From the IMG/VR virus record IMGVR_UViG_3300017751_000024, positions 1 through 52,776 of that record: a stretch of DNA of 52,776 nt, one strand, 5' to 3'. This DNA comes from a virus (lineage: Duplodnaviria > Caudoviricetes). Below the pieces are notes generated by a model. The model ran no database searches, was not told where the DNA came from, and saw nothing but the letters and a program-made list of their open reading frames with translations. Both the position numbers and the translations under genes were made by a program. Below, piece after piece: positions 25,601 through 34,792 of this stretch (positions are counted from its first letter, which is position 1; every line of letters starts with the position of its first letter).

Positions 25601-28600
25601 AGCTGGAGCTACTGGCGACCAAACAGCAGCAGAGATTAGAACATTAGTAGAATCTGCTAGTGATTCTAACGTGTTTACTGATGCTGACCACACTAAGCTC
25701 AATGGTATTGAAGCAAGTGCTACAGCCGACCAGACAGCAGCAGAGATTAGAACATTAGTAGAGTCAGCAACAGACTCAAATGTATTTACAGATAATGACC
25801 ATACTAAATTAAATGCTATAGAGGCTAATGCTACCTCAGACCAGACCGCTTCTGAAATAAGAACTTTGGTTGAATCTGCTACAGACTCAAATGTATTTAC
25901 AGATAATGACCATAGTAAATTAAATGCTATAGAGGCTAGTGCTGATGTTACAGACTCAGCAAATGTAGGAGATGCATTAACAGGATTTAGTACAACAACT
26001 GATGCAACCTCAACAGACTTAGTTGCTTTCTATGATGTCTCAGCAAGTGCTTGGGAAAAAGGAACTATAGAAGATATAGCTTTACAAGGCACGAAAGGTC
26101 AAAAAGGTGCAGGTGGAGTTCTTGGCTCTAAAGGACAAAAAGGTGAAGTAGGTCAGAAAGGACAGAAAGGTGAAGTAGGTCAGAAAGGACAGAAAGGTGA
26201 AGTAGGTGCTGATGGAAGTAACGGTACTTCAGGTAATGATGGAGCTAAAGGACAGAAAGGTGAAGTAGGTGTTACTGGAGCTAAAGGACAAAAAGGTGAA
26301 GTAGGAGCTACTGGAGACAAAGGACAAAAAGGTGAAGCTGGTATTGACGGAGCTGCTTCAGACGGTACTAAAGGACAGAAAGGACAAAAAGGTGAAGTAG
26401 GTGTTACAGGTGCTAAAGGACAGAAAGGTGAAGTAGGAGCTACAGGTAGTGCTGGTTCAAACGGTAGCAATGGTTCTAAAGGACAAAAAGGTGAAGGCGG
26501 TGCTACAGGTGCTGGTGGAAGTACAGGTTCTAAAGGTCAGAAAGGTGAAGTAGGAGCTAACGGAAGTAACGGAAGTAATGGTTCTAAAGGACAAAAAGGC
26601 CAAGCTGGTTCTAATGGTTCTAATGGTTCAAAAGGTCAGAAAGGTCAAACAGGTGCTACAGGTGCTGGTGGTGATGACGGTAATGATGGCTCTAAAGGTC
26701 AGAAGGGTGAAGTAGGTGTTACAGGTTCTAAAGGACAGAAAGGTGAAGTAGGTCAGAAAGGACAAAAAGGTGAAGTAGGAGCTACAGGTTCTAAAGGACA
26801 GAAAGGTGTAAAAGGACAAGAAGGAAACTTCGGTGGTCAAACATTTGCTTATGACTTTGATACAAGTACATCAGATGCAGACCCAGGTAACGGTGAGTTA
26901 AGATTAAATAACGGTACTGTATCTAGTGCAAGTATACTATATATTGATGACCAAGATTCAGGTGGTACTGATATACAAAGTTATTTAAGAACTATTGATG
27001 ATAGTGACTCTACTATTAAAGGTCACGTAAGAATATCAAACAAATTAGATGCAACAGACTTTGCTCTATTTACAATTAGTGGTTCAATAACAGAAGCTTC
27101 AGGATATTTCAAAGTTCCTGTAGGTTATGTAAGTGGTTCAGCATCTTCATTCTCAAGTGGTGAAGACTTAATTGTAACCTTTGCAAGAACTGGAGACCAA
27201 GGTGATAAAGGTCAGAAGGGTGAAGTAGGAGCTACAGGTTCTAAAGGACAGAAAGGTGAAGTAGGTCAGAAAGGACAAAAAGGTGAAGTAGGTCAGAAAG
27301 GACAGAAAGGTGAAGTAGGAGCTACAGGTTCTAAAGGACAGAAAGGCCAGACAGGTGCAACAGGTGGTGCTGGTAACGATGGTAGTAATGGTTCTAAAGG
27401 ACAGAAAGGTGAAGTAGGTGCTAATGGAAGTAATGGAAGCAATGGCTCTAAAGGTCAGAAAGGCCAAGCTGGTTCTAATGGTTCTAATGGTTCAAATGGT
27501 TCTAAAGGACAAAAAGGTGAAGTAGGTACTACAGGTGATACAGGTGGAACAGGAGCTAAAGGCCAAAAAGGTCAGGCTGGTTCTAACGGTTCTAATGGTT
27601 CTAAAGGCCAGAAAGGTGAAGCTGGTTCTAATGGTACAAACGGTTCTAAAGGACAAAAAGGACAGAAAGGTGAAGTAGGTGGTACAGGTGGAACAGGTTC
27701 TAAAGGACAGAAAGGTGAAGTAGGTGGTACAGGTGGAACAGGTTCTAAAGGACAGAAAGGTGAAGCTGGTTCTAATGGTACAAACGGTTCTAAAGGACAA
27801 AAAGGCCAAGCTGGTTCTAATGGTACAAACGGTTCTAAAGGACAGAAAGGTGAAGCTGGTACTAATGGTACAAACGGTTCTAAAGGACAGAAAGGTCAAA
27901 CAGGGGCTGATTCGACAGTAGCAGGTGCTAAAGGTCAGAAAGGTCAAACAGGTGCTGCTTCAACAGTAGCAGGTGCTAAAGGTCAGAAAGGTGAGCAAGG
28001 TGCTTCAGTTACTGGTGCTAAAGGCCAGAAAGGTGAAGTAGGTGCTACAGGTACAGGTACTAAAGGACAGAAAGGTGAAGTAGGTGCTAAAGGACAAAAA
28101 GGTCAAACAGGTGCTGCTTCAACAGTAGCAGGCTCAAAAGGACAGAAAGGTCAGACAGGTGCTGATTCAACAGTAGCAGGTGCTAAAGGACAGAAAGGTG
28201 AAGTAGGTCAGAAAGGACAGAAAGGTGAAATAGGAGCTACAGGTGTAGGCCAGAAAGGCCAGAAAGGTGAAGTAGGTTCTAAAGGACAAAAAGGTCAGAC
28301 AGGTGCTGATTCAACAGTAGCAGGTTCTAAAGGTCAAAAAGGTACTACAGGTACTGGCTCTAAAGGACAGAAAGGTGAAGCAGGAGCATTTACCACAAGT
28401 TCAAATGCTCAAGTTAATAGTTTAGGTGTTAACACAGCAGGCTCAGGTACAGCAGGTGAGATTAGGGCAACTAATAACATTACGGCTTTCTATTCTGATG
28501 CAAGACTAAAAGACTTTGAAGGTACTATACCAAATGCTTTAGAAAAAGTATTAGCTCTAAGTGGTTATTACTTTAGAGAAAATGAAGTAGCTAAAGAACT

Positions 28601-28847
28601 AGGTTACGAAAATGATAAAAGACAAGTTGGTGTATCAGCTCAAGAGGTACAAGATGTATTACCAGAGGTAGTAACAGAAGCTCCTATTGATGATAAATAC
28701 TTAACAGTATGGTACGACAAGTTAGTTCCTTTATTAATCGAAGCTATTAAAGAACTAGCTGAAGACTCACATCCTGCAAAATGTTTACAAGACATGGAAG
28801 GTTTTGAAGATATACAAAGAAGGTTAGAAGACTTAGAGAATAAATAA
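22605..28847 (+). CDS. Long tail fibre with collagen domains and C-terminal intramolecular chaperone (peptidase S74-like)
   Basis: Capsid-proximal MAGYIRQS...GHKHDG domain, repeat modules, two Gly-X-Y blocks, YSDARLK...GVSAQEV..VLPEVV...LIEAIKEL. Confidence 0.9.
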   Translation: MAGYIRQSTFSDGDTITAAIFNNEYNGLANAFSNQTGHKHDGSAAEGPVIGVIGDAGVVAPLNKVLIDTTNDHIEFYIDDSSSSVQQAYIGNGVIAPVTDSDIDLGTNALRFKDAYIDTITTTSNVSVGGNLTVTGTTTFNGGTLTLGDASSDNVVFGADVDSSIIPDDDDTYDLGSATQEWRNLFIDGTANIDSLVLGSGETVTSILDEDGLTSNSASALATQQSIKAYVDAQVTAQDLDFQGDSGGALSIDLDSETLDIAGGTGIDTTGSGNTLTVAIDSTVATLTGSQTLTNKTIDVDNNTLSNIEVDNLKSGVLDTDISSVAGTDTTLASAKAIKTYVDAQVTAQDLDATTDSGTVAIDLDSETLTIAGGEGIDTSGSGNTITITGELATETNAGVATFDGTDFTVSSGDVTLNAERIQDITGAMFSGNTETGIGITYDDSDGTIDAVVTLSPFDTDNLSEGSSNLYYTDARVRSHITGSELDMGGNKVLFANVYSNEADLPSASTYHGMFAHVHATGKGYFAHGGAWHKLLDETSSDTGDLSEGSNLYYTNARADARIAAATTDDLSEGSSNLYHTTERVQDIVGAMVASNTESGMSVTYDDSDGTLDFNADDFTITLGGDLSGNVTITDLANGTLDATIVANSVALGTDTTGNYVDSLVAGTGVTLSNNSGEGATPTVAIGQAVATNSNVNFGSVTTTGNATVGGNLVVNGTTTTLNTATLDVEDNNITLNKGSGDTSGSADGAGLTIQDAVNSSTDATIAWNATNDNFVFSHEVVAPSLDISGNVDIDGTLETDALTINGTASVPFESADHNKLDGIEANATADQTASEIRTLVEAATDSNVFTDADHTKLNGIEDNATADQTNAEIKTAYEANSNTNAFTDASVTKLSNIETGATADQTDAEIRTAIESATDSNVFTDADHTKLNAIEANATADQTDEEIQDIVGGMLDSNTETGITVTYQDSDGTIDFVVASQTDENFTTADHSKLDGIEAGATGDQTAAEIRTLVESASDSNVFTDADHTKLNGIEASATADQTAAEIRTLVESATDSNVFTDNDHTKLNAIEANATSDQTASEIRTLVESATDSNVFTDNDHSKLNAIEASADVTDSANVGDALTGFSTTTDATSTDLVAFYDVSASAWEKGTIEDIALQGTKGQKGAGGVLGSKGQKGEVGQKGQKGEVGQKGQKGEVGADGSNGTSGNDGAKGQKGEVGVTGAKGQKGEVGATGDKGQKGEAGIDGAASDGTKGQKGQKGEVGVTGAKGQKGEVGATGSAGSNGSNGSKGQKGEGGATGAGGSTGSKGQKGEVGANGSNGSNGSKGQKGQAGSNGSNGSKGQKGQTGATGAGGDDGNDGSKGQKGEVGVTGSKGQKGEVGQKGQKGEVGATGSKGQKGVKGQEGNFGGQTFAYDFDTSTSDADPGNGELRLNNGTVSSASILYIDDQDSGGTDIQSYLRTIDDSDSTIKGHVRISNKLDATDFALFTISGSITEASGYFKVPVGYVSGSASSFSSGEDLIVTFARTGDQGDKGQKGEVGATGSKGQKGEVGQKGQKGEVGQKGQKGEVGATGSKGQKGQTGATGGAGNDGSNGSKGQKGEVGANGSNGSNGSKGQKGQAGSNGSNGSNGSKGQKGEVGTTGDTGGTGAKGQKGQAGSNGSNGSKGQKGEAGSNGTNGSKGQKGQKGEVGGTGGTGSKGQKGEVGGTGGTGSKGQKGEAGSNGTNGSKGQKGQAGSNGTNGSKGQKGEAGTNGTNGSKGQKGQTGADSTVAGAKGQKGQTGAASTVAGAKGQKGEQGASVTGAKGQKGEVGATGTGTKGQKGEVGAKGQKGQTGAASTVAGSKGQKGQTGADSTVAGAKGQKGEVGQKGQKGEIGATGVGQKGQKGEVGSKGQKGQTGADSTVAGSKGQKGTTGTGSKGQKGEAGAFTTSSNAQVNSLGVNTAGSGTAGEIRATNNITAFYSDARLKDFEGTIPNALEKVLALSGYYFRENEVAKELGYENDKRQVGVSAQEVQDVLPEVVTEAPIDDKYLTVWYDKLVPLLIEAIKELAEDSHPAKCLQDMEGFEDIQRRLEDLENK
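25053..25950 (+). repeat. 37-aa (111-bp) tandem repeats in the tail fibre
   Basis: Six full and two partial DHxKLxxIExxATADQTxxEIRTLVESATDSNVFTD units. Confidence 0.9.
26088..26834 (+). repeat. Collagen-like block 1 (GxKGQKGE)
   Basis: Near-continuous Gly-X-Y, about 36 Gly-X-Lys triplets, no Pro. Confidence 0.95.
27192..28385 (+). repeat. Collagen-like block 2 (GxKGQKGE)
   Basis: Gly-X-Y with short STVA interruptions, about 57 Gly-X-Lys triplets, no Pro. Confidence 0.95.
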
Positions 28848-29467
28848 TGGCGTATACTTGTAGAGATTTAACTATTGAAGAGGCTACACATTTAGAAGAA
28901 AGTGGAGTGATAGATGAGTTTTATCTCGCAAGTGAAAAATACTTAGACGAAGATAAGAACTTTAATTATGCTAACTGTGAGATAACTACAGAGCAGTTTA
29001 ATAATCTAACACAAGACCAAAAAAAATCTTTTTGGAGGTTGTTTCCAAAAGCAATAGGTAGGATTTTTGAACCAGTACCGTTTGAAGAACCATCACATAT
29101 TGTATATAAAACTTTAGCTTTACAAGCTCCAGATGGATATATATTACATCTTTATAATGGATATATAGATAATAATATTTGGGTAGAGGAAAGAGGTTTA
29201 ATAAGACCTGATGCTAATGGCTCAAGAGCTTATACATATACAAATGATTTTTGGACTTCTAAGTATACTTATTTAAAAAGTTTAGGCATAACTAAAATGA
29301 CAAGAATTGTAGAGACAGATTCAAAGCTTGCTACTTTATTAGCTAATCCAGATACATATAGTCATAATTCACATTTAGATATTTCAACATTAGTAATTGA
29401 AGACAAAGTAAGTAGCTACTCTTGGGCTGACGTAACACATAAACATATAACAATAGATTTAACATGA
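28847..29467 (+). CDS. Hypothetical protein (tail-fibre locus)
   Basis: 206-aa ORF coupled to the fibre gene. Confidence 0.7.
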   Translation: MAYTCRDLTIEEATHLEESGVIDEFYLASEKYLDEDKNFNYANCEITTEQFNNLTQDQKKSFWRLFPKAIGRIFEPVPFEEPSHIVYKTLALQAPDGYILHLYNGYIDNNIWVEERGLIRPDANGSRAYTYTNDFWTSKYTYLKSLGITKMTRIVETDSKLATLLANPDTYSHNSHLDISTLVIEDKVSSYSWADVTHKHITIDLT

Positions 29468-30267
29468 GTACATTAAAAGATACAAACGTAAGCTTTGATG
29501 GCATGAGAGATGTTTTTGATACTATGAATAGTAATGGAAGCACCTCTGCTTGGTCATTAAACAATCAAAAACATATTGACCGCTCACCTTTTATTAATGG
29601 TGGTCAAGGTGATGGAAAAGTTCCGCAACTGTTCAATGATAATGAAGCTACTTCAACAACTACGATGTTAGCATCCGATTTTAAAAGTATTATGAAAATT
29701 GATAGTGGGAGTGCATCAGCAACTACAGGTACTAATAAAAATCAAACGAACCATTTCATTCAAGGGTGGGGAACACTTCACGGTATGTATGCTGCTAGTG
29801 AAGAATATATAACAAACAATAATAGCGGTATTGGTACAGCATATGATGGAACTAATAGCTATGTAGGAACTGGAAACCCTTCAGGAGTTAGTAATCAAAA
29901 CTTTATACCTTTTACTAACTTTAATAGTAATTTTAATTCTAATAAAGATATTGCTGCCATTGGACTTTATACTGGAGGATTTCTGGGTCAGAACAGAAAA
30001 GTAAAATTAGTTTTTAGAGGCTCAGGAGCTAGTGCAACTGATACTGACTGGAGTAATATGTATCTAAGACAAGTAGATGATACTTACTTTGCTGGTGATG
30101 AAGCTTCTAATGTTCAGAGAGGTGTAGAACTATCTAGAACTAGCCTATCTGCATCAGTAACAACTTATTCAAATATTCTTTATGGTAGTTATTATGTACA
30201 TACATGGTCTTTACCTAGTCTAGTTAGTTTTAGTAGTACATCTACAACCTGGGTTAAGTTTGATTAA
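29464..30267 (+). CDS. Putative fibre-tip/receptor-binding protein
   Basis: S/T/N/G-rich beta-type composition; position after the fibre gene. Confidence 0.5.
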   Translation: MSTLKDTNVSFDGMRDVFDTMNSNGSTSAWSLNNQKHIDRSPFINGGQGDGKVPQLFNDNEATSTTTMLASDFKSIMKIDSGSASATTGTNKNQTNHFIQGWGTLHGMYAASEEYITNNNSGIGTAYDGTNSYVGTGNPSGVSNQNFIPFTNFNSNFNSNKDIAAIGLYTGGFLGQNRKVKLVFRGSGASATDTDWSNMYLRQVDDTYFAGDEASNVQRGVELSRTSLSASVTTYSNILYGSYYVHTWSLPSLVSFSSTSTTWVKFD

Positions 30268-30269
30268 TA

Positions 30270-30278
30270 TGATACAAT
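30270..30278 (+). promoter_or_regulatory. Extended -10 promoter candidate
   Basis: TG-A-TACAAT, 6 nt before ATG 30285, with no SD. Confidence 0.45.
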
Positions 30279-30284
30279 CTTATA

Positions 30285-32117
30285 ATGAAAAAATTAGTTA
30301 TAAGCTTACAAAGAAGAACAGATAGAAAAAAAGAATTTTATAAAAATAATTTAATAAATTATGAATTTATAAAAGCAATAGACTATAAAAGATTAGATGA
30401 CTTTATAGTTGATGAAGGGTTTAAAGACCCATTTAAAAATAGACCAGTTTTAGAAAGTGAAGTAGCATGTTTCTTATCTCATAAAAAAACATGGGAAAAA
30501 TGTTTAGAATTAAATGAGCCTGTAATTATCTTAGAAGATGATGCAGTAATAAATGAAAGATGGGATGAAGAATACTACAAAGACTTAATAAATAAATACG
30601 ATTTTATATACTTACAAAAGAATGAGAACGAACCTGACAAAGTTATAAGTATAGATAATAGATTAGAAATACCTTCTTATCCTTATAATTTAACAGGCTA
30701 CATAATAAAACCTTCAACGGCAAAAATTTTATTAGATAATATAGATAAAATTATTCCTGCTGATGAGTATGTACCTAAATTAATAAAGGAGAAAATTTTG
30801 AATAATGTAGTTTCGCTAAAACAAGATTCTTGTAATCAGATATCTAGGGATGTAAGCCCAAGTGATATTGAAGTCTCTTCAGGTATAGCTAGAAACTTTA
30901 AAGTACATCCGCTTACTATTGGAACAGATAGAAAGAAATGTTCTAGATTATTTACAAGTGCTAGAAGTTGTGGAGTAGATGTAGTAAATCTAGGAAACAA
31001 TGTAGAGTGGAAAGGTACTGATATGTCTGGCCCAGGTGGAGGCATGAAAGTAAACTTGTTAAGAAAATATATTAATAAGTTACCAGACAATGATGTAGTT
31101 TTATTTACAGATGCGTATGATGTTTTTTATGCAGATAATTTAGAAACTATTACAGAAAGATACTTAGGATTTAATTGTAAGGTTTTATTTTCAGCAGAAC
31201 AATACTGCTGGCCTGATGCAGATTTAGAACATGTGTTTCCAGATGCTCCTACTAAATATAGATTTTTAAATAGTGGAACATTTATAGGTGAGGTAGGTGA
31301 GCTTAAAAAGATACTAGAAACTGATTCTGTAAACGATGATGGAGATGACCAGTTATATTATCAAAAGATATTTTTAAGTGATAAGTTTGATATACAACTA
31401 GACTATGAAGGTTATATATTCCAAACACATGAAGCAAGTGCCACAATGCTTGAAGGACAACTTCATAATCCAGTAACAGGATGTTGTAGTTGTATTTACC
31501 ACGGTAATGGAGGGGACTTAACAAAGAAGAAATTTGACCAGATGTATGACAGATTTTTTCCAACTCCTAAAGAATTATTTACAACACACGAAGGTTTTGA
31601 AATATTAGATGATGACATATTGCTTGTAGATTTTATGACACAAGAACAATGTGAAAGAATGATTGAAATAGCTGACAATCATGGAGACTGGGGTTCTTTA
31701 GATTATGATAAGTTCCCAGCACAAGAGATAAGATTAAAAGAGTTAGGACTTTGGGAAGAACTAGAAAGTCATTGGCAAAAAAATATAGTTCCAATTATAG
31801 AAAATTATTGGAAGCCAATGGAAATGTACGGACTTAGAGATGCGTTTGTAATGAGATACTCAGTCGATACACAAAAAGATTTACCTTTACATACTGATGC
31901 TAGTTTAGTTACAGGAAGTGTAAAATTAAACGATGATTATGAAGGTGCTGATTTAGTTTATCCAAGACAGAATTTTAGTAATAAAAATATACCTGTAGGA
32001 AAATGTATATTATTTCCTGGAATGGTAACACACGGACATGCATGTCGAACCTTAACCAAAGGAGTTAAATATAGTTTTACTATATGGTCAAACAGATATC
32101 CTGGGGACGGTATGTAA
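30285..32117 (+). CDS. Trifunctional GT25 glycosyltransferase / PLOD-type glycosyltransferase / lysyl-hydroxylase-like 2OG-Fe(II) dioxygenase
   Basis: GT25: ISL.RR.DR, CFLSH..W, ILEDD. PLOD-GT: GGG.KV, FTDAYD, FSAE..CWPD, RFLNSG.FIG, DDQLYY, HGNG. LH: FVMRY, HTD, LN.DYEG, FPG.VTHGH, GVKY. Confidence 0.88.
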   Translation: MKKLVISLQRRTDRKKEFYKNNLINYEFIKAIDYKRLDDFIVDEGFKDPFKNRPVLESEVACFLSHKKTWEKCLELNEPVIILEDDAVINERWDEEYYKDLINKYDFIYLQKNENEPDKVISIDNRLEIPSYPYNLTGYIIKPSTAKILLDNIDKIIPADEYVPKLIKEKILNNVVSLKQDSCNQISRDVSPSDIEVSSGIARNFKVHPLTIGTDRKKCSRLFTSARSCGVDVVNLGNNVEWKGTDMSGPGGGMKVNLLRKYINKLPDNDVVLFTDAYDVFYADNLETITERYLGFNCKVLFSAEQYCWPDADLEHVFPDAPTKYRFLNSGTFIGEVGELKKILETDSVNDDGDDQLYYQKIFLSDKFDIQLDYEGYIFQTHEASATMLEGQLHNPVTGCCSCIYHGNGGDLTKKKFDQMYDRFFPTPKELFTTHEGFEILDDDILLVDFMTQEQCERMIEIADNHGDWGSLDYDKFPAQEIRLKELGLWEELESHWQKNIVPIIENYWKPMEMYGLRDAFVMRYSVDTQKDLPLHTDASLVTGSVKLNDDYEGADLVYPRQNFSNKNIPVGKCILFPGMVTHGHACRTLTKGVKYSFTIWSNRYPGDGM

Positions 32118-32118
32118 A

Positions 32119-32358
32119 ATGGAAGATATGCATTTTTTTTGGAACGTAATATTAACTTTAGTTGTAGCTCCTATAATTTTTTCAATACGTAAAAATGAAA
32201 CAGAAGCTAAAAGGATAGATATATTGGTAAATAAAACTAGAGAAGAACTAGCAAAAGAGTACGTTACTAAACAAGAAGTAAAAGAAGATATGGGAATGCT
32301 AATGGAAAGATTAGAGAAGCTACATGAGAAAGTAGATAAATTATTTGAGGTGAAATAA
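32119..32358 (+). CDS. Small membrane protein with coiled coil
   Basis: One N-terminal TM helix; EYVTK.E...L.EKVDKL. Confidence 0.7.
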   Translation: MEDMHFFWNVILTLVVAPIIFSIRKNETEAKRIDILVNKTREELAKEYVTKQEVKEDMGMLMERLEKLHEKVDKLFEVK

Positions 32359-34781
32359 TGGCGAGAAAAAAGTCAAACAGAAAAAGAGCCAAACAAAAAA
32401 GACAAGACTATAGAGTTGGTGGAAACGTATTTAATCCAAACAGGGTAGATAGCTCTATGCCTGTTAAACAATCAGTAGGGAAGCCTGAAGAACAAATGTT
32501 TATTCAGAGGCCATCAGAGGCAGTATTAAAGCCTAAGCCATTTCAACCTAAGCCGATTGATAAGGTTACAACACCTCCTCCAGTACAACAGAAACCTCAG
32601 CCTAAACCTTCTGTAGCTATATCTAGTGGCCCAGGATTTACAACTGGAACAGATGCTTCTAATAGAGAAGACTATATAGACAGAAACCTGGGTAGACGAA
32701 GAACTCCAATAGATGACAGAGATGACAGAGATGAGAGAGATGAGAGAGATGAACCTAGAGACCCACCAGGCGGTAATGCAACAATAATTGTTAATGGTTT
32801 CATTTACAGATGGAACGGTTATACGTATGTAAATACAGGTCAGAGAGCTGGTGGTCAGGATGACGGTGGCGGAGATGACAACGGTGGTGGTAATGATAAC
32901 GGTGGCGGTGATGAAGGTGGTGGTAATGAACCAGACCCAGACCCCTTAGAGACTATGACTGATGCTCAAAGACAAGCAGCATTTGAACAAGAAAGAAGAA
33001 TAAGAAATATTGAAGAAGGAAGAACATCTCAAGATATAGCTTCAGGTAATATACCAGAAGGTACTGTACCAGTTCCTACAGTTATGGGAATAGGTAGAGA
33101 AGGTACAGAAGCACCTATTGTTCAATCTCCAGATGCAGGACAAGCAAGTACATTTGATATAGACCCAACACCAGAAGAAACAATTAGTCAGGTAGAAGAG
33201 GTCTCACAAATAGACCCAGCCAGAGAAGTTACAACTACAGCAACACCTACAGCAAGTGTAGATAAAGCTGCTGAAGCCAGGGCTGCTCAACAAGATAAAG
33301 AAGAACTTAGACTAGCAGAAGCTGCTGAAGTAGCTGATGTTACTCCAGTTGAAGATGTCGATGTTGTTGTTACACCAGGAGCTGTAGCTAAAGTTGTTAC
33401 AGGAACATTAAGTCCTGGAGCGAAAGCAAGAATTGTAGAAAATACAGGTACAAATTTAGCTAGAGTTACAAGAGCTAAAAAGCAATTAGCTAATGCTGGC
33501 TTAGAAGAAGGAGCTATACAAGAGTTAGGTAAAGACCCTGAAACTCTTGAAGCTAGACTTACAGATTTTACAGAAGAAGAAAGAGGTATTATAGAAGGAT
33601 TACCTGAAGAAGCTTTAGTATCTAATCAACTTGAAAGTTTATTAACTGGTATAGAAGAAGGAGAGATTCCAACATGGGCTAGACCTGCTGTTGCATCTGT
33701 TGAAGCTATGTTAGCTAAAAGAGGATTAGAAGCATCTTCAATAGCTAGAGATTCATTAGCTAATACTATTATCCAAGCATCTTTACCTTTAGCTCAAGCA
33801 AATGCTCAAGCTATTCAAGCTAGTGTATCTCAACAAAGAAACATAGAGGCTGCTGTATCTGAGGCTAATGCTCAAAGAGAGCAACAAACTGTATTAAAGA
33901 ATGCAGAGAATGTATTTAAATTAGATATGGCTAACATGGCTGCTGAACAACAAACTGAATTAGCTAACAGTAAGTTTTTACAAACAGTTAATTTAACAGA
34001 AGCTAATCAAGAACAGCAAGCAGCAGTTTTAAATGCAACTAATATTGCAAGAGCTGATTTAGCTGAAGCTGACTTTTATCAGAAAGCACAGATAGATAAT
34101 GCAAAGAATTTCTTAGCTACTGATATAGCTAATTTAAATAATAGACAACAATCAAATGTTATTAAAGCTCAGTACGAACAGCAAAGATTATTAAGTAATC
34201 AAGCAGCAGAAAATGCTATGGGTCAGTTTAACGCTACTAATGATAGACAGGCTCAACAGTTTATGGCACAAATTGAAACACAAATAAGACAATACAATGC
34301 AGGCTATATAAACGCTACAAATCAATTTAATGTACAAGCTCAAAATGCTGCTGAAGCTAGAGATGCTAATAGAGTATCAGATGTTAATAAAGCTAATGCT
34401 GCAATTATGAATCAAGTAGAACAGTTTAACGAGCAATTAAATTACAATAGACAACAATGGAATGCTGCTAATGAACAAGCAGTTATTAATTCTAATATAG
34501 ACTGGAGAAGAAGAGCAAATACTGCTGATACTGCTGCACAAAATGCAGTTAATCAACAAAATGCTCAGAATGCTTTTGGGTTGACTCAAGCTGCACAGTC
34601 TTTTTTATGGCAAGAATTAAGAGACCAAGCTGATTATGATTTCAGATGGGCTACTGATACAGCTAATAGAAAAGTACAAGCTATGATGTCTGCTGCAACT
34701 GCTGAAGGAGATGCTGCAAAGAATTGGGGTTCTAATTTTAGAAGTGCATCTTCAACAATCAACAGCTTATTTGGAAGTTAA
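32358..34781 (+). CDS. Internal virion/ejection protein, Q/N/A-rich coiled coil
   Basis: Long QFNA-type heptads, low-complexity N-terminal region, position in the ejection-gene block. Confidence 0.7.
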   Translation: MARKKSNRKRAKQKRQDYRVGGNVFNPNRVDSSMPVKQSVGKPEEQMFIQRPSEAVLKPKPFQPKPIDKVTTPPPVQQKPQPKPSVAISSGPGFTTGTDASNREDYIDRNLGRRRTPIDDRDDRDERDERDEPRDPPGGNATIIVNGFIYRWNGYTYVNTGQRAGGQDDGGGDDNGGGNDNGGGDEGGGNEPDPDPLETMTDAQRQAAFEQERRIRNIEEGRTSQDIASGNIPEGTVPVPTVMGIGREGTEAPIVQSPDAGQASTFDIDPTPEETISQVEEVSQIDPAREVTTTATPTASVDKAAEARAAQQDKEELRLAEAAEVADVTPVEDVDVVVTPGAVAKVVTGTLSPGAKARIVENTGTNLARVTRAKKQLANAGLEEGAIQELGKDPETLEARLTDFTEEERGIIEGLPEEALVSNQLESLLTGIEEGEIPTWARPAVASVEAMLAKRGLEASSIARDSLANTIIQASLPLAQANAQAIQASVSQQRNIEAAVSEANAQREQQTVLKNAENVFKLDMANMAAEQQTELANSKFLQTVNLTEANQEQQAAVLNATNIARADLAEADFYQKAQIDNAKNFLATDIANLNNRQQSNVIKAQYEQQRLLSNQAAENAMGQFNATNDRQAQQFMAQIETQIRQYNAGYINATNQFNVQAQNAAEARDANRVSDVNKANAAIMNQVEQFNEQLNYNRQQWNAANEQAVINSNIDWRRRANTADTAAQNAVNQQNAQNAFGLTQAAQSFLWQELRDQADYDFRWATDTANRKVQAMMSAATAEGDAAKNWGSNFRSASSTINSLFGS

Positions 34782-34792
34782 GGAGAAAGTAA

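Noticed and set aside
25053-28385. Tandem DNA repeats as a CRISPR array or DGR template/variable pair
   Set aside because: They are in-frame coding repeats without unique spacers; no cas or reverse transcriptase gene; differences are not adenine-specific.
32711-32930. DDR/DER 9-bp and Gly-Asp repeats as a phase-variation tract
   Set aside because: Unit lengths are multiples of three, so slippage would not shift frame; this is a low-complexity linker.
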